Source: Haplodiscus bocki
Taxonomy: Eukaryota
Length of the DNA: 64,000 nt
Reading direction: 5' to 3'
Assembly: GCA_965655095.1 (NCBI GenBank)
Contig: OZ296650.1
Span: forward strand, 19,406,001 to 19,470,000
In this document: positions 1 to 11,507 of the stretch, piece after piece
How positions within the stretch are numbered: the first letter of the stretch is position 1
Layout: every line of letters begins with the position of its first letter
Notes under the pieces: model-generated
Databases searched by the model: none
What the model was told of the DNA's origin: nothing
What the model saw: only the letters and a program-made list of their open reading frames with translations
Translations under genes and position numbers: made by a program

Positions 1-1360
1 AATCCCTACAAAATCAACGCTTTAGAGTATGGAAAGAAGGAACTGGTACCCATTCGTGTCAGCAAGAAATACGATACAGACTTTGACGTTGACTTATTGG
101 AGGATGGTCTAACTCATCACTATGTGCTCATAACAAACCTAAAAAATCTAATCTGCCGCGTAAATGATCGAACTCTGCCATCGGAAGATTGTCTGCCGAA
201 ACTGCTTTCATACATGTTCTTCAAAGGAATTATACGAGCGACACTTTGTGAGCCGTTTCAACAATGAACCTGCCTTGATACAGATGCCAAAGCCGGAGGA
301 AAACAATATGAAGGTCACGAACATTCAAAGTCGATGGTTCGCTCCAATAGTTATTGACTTTGATTTATAGTCCCTCTTTCAACCGGTTTTCAGTTGTTTA
401 CAGGATGGTGAAAAAGCCACTACCATTGAAATACACAAAGCTTGTGGGTTTTGCTTAGTGGGGGTTGAGCATGGTAATCCTACACCAGTTTTAATTCAAG
501 TTGATAGGTCAGAAGATTGCATGCGGAAATTAGTTGTGGCATTGAAATGAATTGCGCAAGATGTGCATGGTCAAAAGCATTCCAACAAGTATTTCAATGA
601 TTTCATTCCCGAAAGCCCGCAGACCTCTCGAAAGTGCTGGGTGTGCGACGGCTTATTTGTTGAAGAAAGTCAAGTAGAAAGAGAGCTAGACCATTGTCAC
701 TACGTTGGGGAATTCTTCGGCTATGCACACAACAAATGCAATCTCAAAAGAAGCACGCTCAATTCATTGCAATGATAGCACATATTCTCTCCAACTACGA
801 CCTACACGATTTGTTCAAAAAACTTCATCGGTTCGGGACAGAATGGAAAATGGAAGTTATTCAATCAACAGACGAGAAATACATCAATTTGTCAGCAGTC
901 GTACCGAAGCCAACGTACTAGGACAAGAACGGCGTAACAAAGACTGTATTTGGATATCTGAGGTTTGTTGTGTCCCTACGATTGATGTCATCACTCGACA
1001 AATTGGTTACCTTCCTTCCAGTAGACAACTTCTCATAACTGCACAGTCATTTCATCAGCGACTGTTCTGATGACCAAAAGCGTCTATTGCACCGCAAAGG
1101 TGTCTAGTATAACACCTATTTTGATGATCCTGGTAAATTGATGGCGCAATATTTACCACCGTTGAACTGTTGAAAAAATTCTCAACAGCAGGGAGAAGTA
1201 GGCATCAGTCGAGACGAATGGAATCACGCTAATGAGGTGTTTATTAGTTTTGATCGCAAAAAGCTTGGAGATTACCAGGAGCTATTCTTGGAACAGACAC
1301 TCTGTTACTAGCATGCGTGGTGGAGGAGTTCCCTAAATTGTGTAATGAGACCTTAAATCA
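1..1360 (+). pseudogene. U0, partial long monomer (A-type)
   Basis: Begins inside the vOTU region; contains the EndoVII segment. Confidence 0.88.
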
Positions 1361-2717
1361 TTGAACTGCTGACTCAACATTAGTGGCCACCATGATCACA
1401 ATTGTTGTAGATAATGCTTTCGCTGCAAGGCATTGAAGGTATGGTCCATCGCTACAGCCACCCGGTCAAGATATGCGTCGGTTGAAAACAAACCCGAGCA
1501 CGTATTACCCCTCTAACCCGCTGGCTCTTCAACCAGAAGGTGATTTTGAAATGCCGATAGGAATTGGACAGATGTCAAGATTTGAAGAAATGGATCTCAA
1601 AATCAACATTTTGGAATATGGAAACAAGGAACTGCTACCCAATCGTGTCAGCAAGAAATGCTATACTGACTTCGACGTTGACTTATTCTTATTGAGGAAA
1701 GGTTTAACTCATCACTATATGCTCATAACAAACCTAAAAAGTTTAATCTGCCGCGTAAATGGTCGAACTCTGTCATCGAGAGATTGTCACTGCCGAAACT
1801 GCTGTCATATATGTTCTTAAAAGGAAATATACGAGCGACACATTGTGAGCTGTTTCAACAACGAACCTACATTGGTACAGATGCCAAAGCCAGAGAAAAA
1901 CAAAATGCAGGTCACTAACATTCAAGATCGATGGTTTGCTCTAATATTTATTCACTTCGACTTGTAATCCTTCTATCAAACTGTTTCCCGTTGTTTACAG
2001 GATGTTGAAAAAGCCACTACCATTGAAATACACAAAGCTTGTGGGGTTTCCTTAGTGGGGATTGAGCATGGTAACGCTACACCAGTTTTAATTCAAGATG
2101 AAAGGTCAGAAATCTCTCCAACTACGACCTACACCATTTGTGCTAAAATCTTTCATCGATTCGCGGCAGAAAGCAAAATGGAAGTTGCCATTAAAAGGCA
2201 AGAAGTTCTTGCCATTAACAGGCGAGAAATAGATAAGCTTGTCAGCAGGCTTACCAATGCAAACGCACTCGGAAATGAACGGCCTTATAAAGACTGTCTT
2301 TGAATTTTGAATTTCTGAGGTTTGTTGAGTCCCTGCGAGTCATGTCATCATCACCCGACAAATTGGTTACCTTTCTTCCAGAAGACAACTTCTCATACCT
2401 GCACAGACATTTCAGGGACTGTTCTGACGACCAAAAGCGTCTATTGCACCGCAAAGGTTTCTATCCTTACACCTATTTTGATGATCGTGGTAAACTCATG
2501 GAAAAATTTTTACCACCGTTGAACTGTTGAAAAAATTCGCAACAGCAGGGATAAGTCAGCATGAGTCAAGACGATTGGAATCAGGCTTATCAGGTGTTCA
2601 AAGGCTTTGTTAGCAAAAACCTTGGAGATTACAATGACATATACTTAGAACAGACACTCTGTCACTAGCTTGCGTGGTGGAGGAGTTCCCTAATGTGTGT
2701 TATGAGACCTTAAGTCA
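1361..2717 (+). pseudogene. U1, short monomer, B head (1357 bp)
   Basis: EndoVII deletion junction at 2110/2111. Confidence 0.88.
2181..2226 (+). repeat. Imperfect ~21-bp tandem duplication (GAAGTT..GCCATTAA.AGGC.)
   Basis: Read directly; repeated at 5136-5181 and absent from other short units. Confidence 0.85.
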
Positions 2718-4315
2718 GTGAAGTGCTTACTCAACTTTAGAAGTCCAAATGATCACAATTGTTTTATATACTGCTTTATCGCTGCATGGCTTTCAAAGTA
2801 TGGTCCGTCGCTCCAGCCACCTGGTCAAGATATGCATCGGTTGAAAACAAACCCGAGCACGTACTCCCCCTCTAACCCGCTGGCTCATCAACCAAAAGGT
2901 GAATTTGAAATGCCGATGGGAATTTGACAGATGTCAAGAATGAAAGAAACGAATCCCTACAAAATCAACGCTTTAGAATATGGAAAGAAGGAACTGGTAC
3001 CCATTCGTGTCAGCAAGAAATACGATGCAGACTTTGACGTTGACTTATTCTTATAGGAGGATGGTCTAACTCATCACTATGTGCTCATAACAAACCTAAA
3101 AAATCTAATCTGCCGCGTAAATGATCGAATTCTGCCATCGGAAGATTGTCTGCCGAAACTGCTTTCATACATGTTCTTCAAAGGAATTATACGAGCGACA
3201 CTTTGTGAGCCGTTTCAACAATGAACCTGCCTTGATACAGATGCCAAAGCCGGAGGAAGACAAATTGAAGGTCACAAACATTCAAGGTCGATGGTTCGCT
3301 CCAATAGTTATTGACTTTGATTTATAGTCCCTCTTTCAACCGGTTTTCGGTTGTTTACAGGATGGTGAAAAAGCCACTACCATTGAAATACACAAAGCTT
3401 GTAGGTTTTGCTTAGTGGGGGTTGAGCATGGTAATCCTACACCAGTTTTAATTCAAGTTGATAGGTCAGAAGATTGCATGCGGAAATTAGTTGTGGCATT
3501 GAAATGAATTGCGCAAGATGTGCTTGGTCAAAAGCATTCCAACAAGTATTTCAATGATTTCATTCCTGAAAGCCCCCAGACCTCTCGAAAGTGCTGGATG
3601 TGCAACGGCGTCTTTAATGAAGAAAGTCAAGTAGATAAAGAGGTAGACCATTGTCACTACGGTGGGGAATTCCTCGGCTATGCACACAACAAATGCAATC
3701 TCAAAAGAAGAACGCTCAACTTCATTGCAATGATAGCACATATTCTCTCCAACTACGACATACACCATTTGTTCAAAAAACTTCATCGGTTCGGGGCAGA
3801 ATGGAAAATGGAAGTTATTCCATCAACAGACGAGAAATACATCAATTTGTCAGCAGTCGTACCGAAGCCAACGTACTAGGACAAGAACGGCGTAACAAAG
3901 ACTGTATTTGGATATCTGAGGTTTGTTGTGTCCCTACGATTGATGTCATCACTCGACAAATTGGTTACCTTCCTTCCAGTAGACAACTTCTCATACCTGC
4001 ACAGCCATTTCAGGGACTATTCTGTTGACCAAAAGCGTCGATTGCACCGCAAAGGTGTCTAGTATTACACCTATTTTGATGATCCTGGTAAATTGATGGC
4101 GCAATATTTACCACCGTTGAACTGTTGAAAAAATTCTCAACAGCAGGGAGAAGTAGGCATCAGTCGAGACGAATGGAATCACGCTAATGAGGTGTTTATT
4201 AGTTTTGATCGCAAAAAGCTTGGAGATTACCAGGAGCTATTCTTGGAACAGACACTCTGTTACTAGCATGCGTGGTGGAGGAGTTCCCTAAATTGTGTAA
4301 TGAGACCTTAAATCA
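2718..4315 (+). pseudogene. U2, long monomer, A head (1598 bp)
   Basis: KCLLNFRS head; EndoVII ORF at 3520-3879. Confidence 0.88.
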
Positions 4316-5672
4316 TTGAACTGCTGACTCAACATTAGTGGCCACCATGATCACAATTGTTGTAGATAATGCTTTCGCTGCAAGGCATTCAAGGTATGGT
4401 CCATCGCTACAGCCACCCGGTCAAGATATGCGTCGGTTGAAAACAAACCCGAGCACGTATTACCCCTCTAACCCGCTGGCTCTTCAACCAGAAGGTGATT
4501 TTGAAATGCCGATAGGAATTGGACAGATGTCAAGATTTGAAGAAATGGATCTCAAAATCAACATTTTGGAATATGGAAACAAGGAACTGCTACCCAATCG
4601 TGTCAGCAAGAAATGCTATACTGACTTCGACGTTGACTTATTCTTATTGAGGAAAGGTTTAACTCATCACTATATGCTCATAACAAACCTAAAAAGTTTA
4701 ATCTGCCGCGTAAATGGTCGAACTCTGTCATCGAGAGATTGTCACTGCCGAAACTGCTGTCATATATGTTCTTAAAAGGAAATATACGAGCGACACATTG
4801 TGAGCTGTTTCAACAACGAACCTACATTGGTACAGATGCCAAAGCCAGAGAAAAACAAAATGCAGGTCACTAACATTCAAGATCGATGGTTTGCTCTAAT
4901 ATTTATTCACTTCGACTTGTAATCCTTCTATCAAACTGTTTCCCGTTGTTTACAGGATGTTGAAAAAGCCACTACCATTGAAATACACAAAGCTTGTGGG
5001 GTTTCCTTAGTGGGGATTGAGCATGGTAACGCTACACCAGTTTTAATTCAAGATGAAAGGTCAGAAATCTCTCCAACTACGACCTACACCATTTGTGCTA
5101 AAATCTTTCATCGATTCGCGGCAGAAAGCAAAATGGAAGTTGCCATTAAAAGGCAAGAAGTTCTTGCCATTAACAGGCGAGAAATAGATAAGCTTGTCAG
5201 CAGGCTTACCAATGCAAACGCACTCGGAAATGAACGGCCTTATAAAGACTGTCTTTGAATTTTGAATTTCTGAGGTTTGTTGAGTCCCTGCGAGTCATGT
5301 CATCATCACCCGACAAATTGGTTACCTTTCTTCCAGAAGACAACTTCTCATACCTGCACAGACATTTCAGGGACTGTTCTGACGACCAAAAGCGTCTATT
5401 GCACCGCAAAGGTTTCTATCCTTACACCTATTTTGATGATCGTGGTAAACTCATGGAAAAATTTTTACCACCGTTGAACTGTTCAAAAAATTCGCAACAG
5501 CAGGGATAAGTCAGCATGAGTCAAGACGATTGGAATCAGGCTTATCAGGTGTTCAAAGGCTTTGTTAGCAAAAACCTTGGAGATTACAATGACATATACT
5601 TAGAACAGACACTCTGTCACTAGCTTGCGTGGTGGAGGAGTTCCCTAATGTGTGTTATGAGACCTTAAGTGA
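4316..5672 (+). pseudogene. U3, short monomer, B head (1357 bp)
   Basis: Near-identical to U1 at +2955. Confidence 0.88.
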
Positions 5673-7266
5673 GTGAAGTGCTTACTCAACTTTAGAAGTC
5701 CAAATGATCACAATTGTTTTATATACTGCTTTATCGCTGCATGGCTTTCAAAGTATGGTCCGTCGCTCCAGCCACCTGGTCAAGATATGCATCGGTTGAA
5801 AACAAACCCGAGCACGTACTCCCCCTCTAACCCGCTGGCTCATCAACCAAAAGGTGAATTTGAAATGCCGATGGGAATTTGACAGATGTCAAGAATGAAA
5901 GAAACGAATCCCTACAAAATCAACGCTTTAGAATATGGAAAGAAGGAACTGGTACCCATTCGTGTCAGCAAGAAATACGATACAGACTTTGACGTGGACT
6001 TATTGGAGGATGGTCTAACTCATCACTATGTGCTCATAACAAACCTAAAAAATCTAATCTGCCGCGTAAATGATCGAATTCTGCCATCGGAAGATTGTCT
6101 GCCGAAACTGCTTTCATACATGTTCTTCAAAGGAATTATACGAGCGACACTTTGTGAGCCGTTTCAACAATGAACCTGCCTTGATACAGATGCCAAAGCC
6201 GGAGGAAGACAAATTGAAGGTCACAAACATTCAAGGTCGATGGTTCGCTCCAATAGTTATTGACTTTGATTTATAGTCCCTCTTTCAACCGGTTTTCGGT
6301 TGTTTACAGGATGGTGAAAAAGCCACTACCATTGAAATACACAAAGCTTGTAGGTTTTGCTTAGTGGGGGTTGAGCATGGTAATCCTACACCAGTTTTAA
6401 TTCAAGTTGATAGGTCAGAAGATTGCATGCGGAAATTAGTTGTGGCATTGAAATGAATTGCGCAAGATGTGCTTGGTCAAAAGCATTCCAACAAGTATTT
6501 CAATGATTTCATTCCTGAAAGCCCCCAGACCTCTCGAAAGTGCTGGATGTGCAACGGCGTCTTTAATGAAGAAAGTCAAGTAGATAAAGAGGTAGACCAT
6601 TGTCACTACGGTGGGGAATTCCTCGGCTATGCACACAACAAATGCAATCTCAAAAGAAGAACGCTCAACTTCATTGCAATGATAGCACATATTCTCTCCA
6701 ACTACGACCTACACCATTTGTTCAAAAAACTTCATCGGTTCGGGGCAGAATGGAAAATGGAAGTTATTCCATCAACAGACGAGAAATACATCAATTTGTC
6801 AGCAGTCGTACCGAAGCCAACGTACTAGGACAAGAACGGCGTAACAAAGACTGTATTTGGATATCTGAGGTTTGTTGTGTCCCTACGATTGATGTCATCA
6901 CTCGACAAATTGGTTACCTTCCTTCCAGTAGACAACTTCTCATACCTGCACAGCCATTTCAGGGACTATTCTGTTGACCAAAAGCGTCGATTGCACCGCA
7001 AAGGTGTCTATCCTTACACCTATTTTGATGATCATGTTAAATTCATGGAAAAGTTTTTTTACCACAGTTGAACTGTTGGAAAAATTCTCAACATCAGGGA
7101 GAAGTAAGCATCAGTCGAGACGAATGGAATCACGCTAATGAGGTGTTTATTAGTTTTGATCGCAAAAAGCTTGGAAATTACCAGGAGCTATTCCTGGAAC
7201 AGACACTCTGTTACTAGCATGCTTGGTGGAGGAGTTCCCTAAAATGTGTTATGAGAGCTTAAATCA
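5673..7266 (+). pseudogene. U4, long monomer, A head (1594 bp)
   Basis: EndoVII ORF at 6469-6828. Confidence 0.88.
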
Positions 7267-8578
7267 TTGAACTGCTTACTCAACATTAGTGGCCACCATG
7301 ATCACAATTGTTGTAGATAATGCTTTCGCTGGAAGGCATTCAAAGTATGGTCCATCGCTGCAGTCACCTGGTGAAGGTATGCGTCGGTTGAAAACAAACC
7401 CGAGCACGTATTCCCCCTCTAACCCGCTGGCTCTTCAACCAAAAGGTGAGTTTGAAATGCCGATGGGAATTGGACAGATGTCAAGATTTGAAGAAATGGA
7501 TCTCAAAATCAACATTTTGGAATATGGAAACAAGGAACTGGTACCCAATCGTGTCAGCAAGAAATGCTATACTGACTTTGACGTTGACTTATTCTTATTG
7601 AGGAAAGGTTTAACTCATCACTATATGCTCATAACAAACCTAAAAAGTTTAATCTGCCGCGTAAATGGTCGAACTCTGTCATCGAGAGATTGTCACTGCC
7701 GAAACTGCTGTCATATATGTTCTTCAAAGGAAATATACGAGCGACACATTGTGAGCTGTTTCAACAACGAACCTACATTGGTACAGATGCCAAAGCCAGA
7801 GAAAAACAAAATGCAGGTCACAAACATTCAAGATCGATGGTTTGCTCTAATATATATTCACTTCTATTAAACGGTTTCCCGTTGTTTACAGGATGGTGAA
7901 AAAGCCACTACCATTGAAATACACAAAGTTTGTGGGGTTTCCTTAGTAGGGGTTGAGCATGGTAACGCTACACCAGTTTTAATTCAAGATGAAAGGTCAG
8001 AAATGTCTCCAACTACGACCTACACCATTTGTGCTAAAATCTTCGTCGACTCGAAGCAGAAAGCAAAATGGAAGTTTTTCCATCAACAGGCGAGAAATAG
8101 ATAAGCTTGTCTGCAGACTTACCAATGCAAACGCACTCGGAAAAGAACGGCCTAATAAAGACTGTCTTTGAATTTCTGAAGTTTGTTGATTCCCTGCGAA
8201 TCATGTCATCATCGCCCGACAAATTGGTTACCTTTCTTCCAGAAGACAACTTCTCATACCTGCACAAACATTTCAGGGACTGTTCTGACGACAAAAAGCG
8301 TCTATTGCACCGCAAAGGTTTCTATCTTTACACCTATTTTGATGATCGTGGTAAATTCATGGAAAATTTTTTACCACCGTTGAACTGTTGGAAAAATTCT
8401 TAACAGCAGGGATAAGTAAGAATGAGTCAAGACGCATTGAATCAGGCTTATCAGGTGTTCAAAAGCTTTGTTAGCAAAAACCTTGGAGATTACAATGACA
8501 TATACTTAGAACAGACACTCTGTCACTAGCTTGCGTGGTGGAGGAGTTCCCTAATGTGTGTTATGAGACCTTAAGTCA
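7267..8578 (+). pseudogene. U5, short monomer, B head (1312 bp)
   Basis: Extra 15-bp deletion at ExoI (~7864); retains FVDS. Confidence 0.88.
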
Positions 8579-10172
8579 GTGAAGTGCTTACTCAACTTTA
8601 GAAGTGCAAATGATCACAATTGTTTTCTGTACTGCTTTATCGCTGCATGGCTTTCAAAGTATGGTCCGTCGCTGCAGCCACCTGGTCAAGATATGCATCG
8701 GTTGAAAACAAACCCGAGCACGTACTCCCCCTCTAACCCGCTGGCTCATCAACCAAAAGGTGAATTTGAAATGCCGATGGGAATTTGACAGATGTCAAGA
8801 ATGAAAGAAACGAATACCTACAGAATCAACGCTTTAGAATATGGAAAGAAAGAACTGGTACCCATTCGTGTCAGCAAGAAATACGATGCAGACTTTGACG
8901 TTGACTTATTCTTATAGGAGGATGGTCTAACTCATCACTATGTGCTCATAACAAACCTAAAAAATCTAATCTGCCGCGTAATTGATCGAACTCTGCCATC
9001 GGAAAATTGTCTGCCGAAACTGCTTTCATACATGTTCTTCAAAGGAATTATACGAGCGACACTTTGTGAGCCGTTTCAACAATGAACCTGCCTTGATACA
9101 GATGCGAAAGCCGGAGGAAAACAATATCAAGGTCACAAACATTCAAGGTCGATGGTTCGCTCCCATAGTTATTTACTTTGTATTATAGTCCCTCATTCAA
9201 CCGGTTTTCGGTTGTTTACAGGATGGTGAAAAAGCCACTACCATTGAAATACACAAAGCTTGTAGGTTTTGCTTAGTGGGGGTTGAGCATGGTAATCCTA
9301 CACCAGTTTTAATTCAAGTTGATAGGTCAGAAGATTGCATGCGGAAATTAGTTGTGGCATTGAAATGAATTGCGCAAGATGTGCATGGTCAAAAGCATTC
9401 CAACAAGTATTTCAATGATTTCATTCCTGAAAGCCCCCAGGCCTCTCGAAAGTGCTGGATGTGCGACGGCTTCTTTGTTGAAGAAAGTCAAGTAGATAAA
9501 GAGCTAGACCATTGTCACTACGGTGGGGAGTTCTTCGGCTATGCACACAACAAATGCAATCTCAAAAGAAGCACGCTCAATTCATTGCAATGATAGCACA
9601 TATTCTCTCCAACTACGACCTACACCATTTGTTCAAAAAACTTCATCGGTTCGGGACAGAATGGAAAATGGAAGTTATTCCATCAACAGACGAGAAATAC
9701 ATCAATTTGTCAGCAGTCGTACCGAAGCCAACGTACTAGGACAAGAACGGCGTAACAAAGACTGTATTTGGATATCTGAGGTTTGTTGTGTCCCTACGAT
9801 TGATGTCATCACTCGACAAATTGGTTACCTTCCTTCCAGTAGACAACTTCTCATACCTGCACAGCCATTTCAGGGACTATTCTGTTGACCAAAAGCGTCG
9901 ATTGCACCGCAAAGGTGTCTATCCTTACACCTATTTTGATGATCATGTTAAATTCGTGGCGCAATATTTACCACCGTTGAACTGTTGAAAAAATTCTCAA
10001 CAGCAGGCAGAAGTAAGCATCAGTCGAGACGAATGGAATCACGCTAATGAGGTGTTTATTAGTTTTGATCGCAAAAAGCTTGGAGATTACCAGGAGCTAT
10101 TCTTGGAACAGACACTGTGTTACTAGCATGCGTGGTGGAGGATTCCCTAAAACGTGATGAGACCTTAAATCA
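8579..10172 (+). pseudogene. U6, long monomer, A head (1594 bp)
   Basis: Junction and EndoVII segment present. Confidence 0.88.
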
Positions 10173-11507
10173 TTGAACTGCTTACTCAACATTAGTGGCC
10201 ACCATGATCACAATTGTTGTAGATAATGCTTTCGCTGCAAGTCATTCAAGGTATGGTCCATCGCTACAGCCACCCGGTCAAGATATGCGTCGGTTGAAAA
10301 CAAACCCGAGCACGTATTCCCCCTCTAACCCGCTGGCTCTTCAACCAGAAGGTGATTTTGAAATGCCGATAGGAATTGGACAGATGTCAAGATTTGAAGA
10401 AATGGATCTCAAAATCAACATTTTGGAATATGGAAACAAGGAACTGGTACCCAATCGTGTCAGCAAGAAATGCTATACTGACTTTGACGTTGACTTATTC
10501 TTATTGAGGAAAGGTTTAACTCATCACTATATGCTCATAACAAACCTAAAAAGTTTAATCTGCCGCGTAAATGGTCGAACTCTGTCATCGAGAGATTGTC
10601 ACTGCCGAAACTGCTGTCATATATGTTCTTCAAAGGAAATATACGAGCGACACATTGTGAGCTGTTTCAACAACGAACCTGCATTGGTACAGATGCCAGA
10701 GCCAGAGAAAAACAAAATGCAGGTCGCAAACATTCAAGATCGATGGTTTGCTCTAATATATATTCACTTCGACTTGTAATCCTTCTATCAAACGGTTTCC
10801 CGTTGTTTACAGGATGGTGAAAAAGCCACTACCATTGAAATACACAAAGCTTGTGGGATTTCCTTAGTGGGGGTTGAGCATGGTAACGCTACACCAGTTT
10901 TAATTCAAGATGAAAGGTCAGAAATCACTCCAACTACGACCTACAGCATTTGTGCTAAAATCTTTCATCGATTCGGGGCAGAAAGCAAAATGGAAGTTTT
11001 TCCATCAACAGGCGAGAAATAGATAAGCTTGTCAGCAGGCTTACCAATGCAAACGCACTCGGAAATGAACGGCCTTATAAAGACTGTCTTTGAATTTTGA
11101 ATTTCTGAGGTTTGTTGAGTCCCTGCGAATCATGTCATCATCACCCGACAAATTGGTTACCTTTCATCCAGAAGACAACTTCTCATACCTGCACAGACAT
11201 TTCAGGGACTGTTCTGACGACCAAAAGCGTCTATTGCACCGCAAAGGTTTCTATCTTTACACCTATTTTGATTATCGCGGTAAATTCAACGAAATTTTTT
11301 TACCACCGTTGAACTGTTGAAAAAATTCTCAACAGCAGGCATAAGTAAGCATGAGTCAAGACGAATGGAATCAGGCTTATCAGGTGTTCAAAAGCTTTGT
11401 TAGCAAAAACCTTGGAGATTACAATGACATATACTTAGAACAGACACTCTGTCAGTAGCTTGCGTGGTGGAGGAGTTCCCAAATGTGTGTTATGAGACCT
11501 TGAGTCA
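10173..11507 (+). pseudogene. U7, short monomer, B head (1335 bp)
   Basis: Junction present; EndoVII deleted. Confidence 0.88.

Noticed and set aside
2251-2454. Minus-strand ORFs (MRCNRRFW.. and similar)
   Set aside because: They are short antisense shadows of the pPolB frame with variable ends and no recognisable motifs.
2709-2714. TTAA at each junction as a piggyBac target site
   Set aside because: There are no terminal inverted repeats or transposase, and CTT-AAG-TCA reads as coding sequence (LKS) in the head frame.
2640-2760. In-frame fusion of monomers into a giant repeat polyprotein
   Set aside because: Tail and head frames differ at the junction, and stops occur just before or at it.
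3471-3741. The 271-bp segment as an intron, intein or precisely excised homing-endonuclease module
   Set aside because: It has no GT..AG ends or intein termini, its removal shifts the frame, and it includes flanking exonuclease sequence.
4338-4775. MATMITIVVDNAF.. as a distinct N-terminus or signal peptide
   Set aside because: It is an off-frame reading of the B head (true frame LNCLLNISGHHDHNC), joined to the main frame by a 2-bp deletion.
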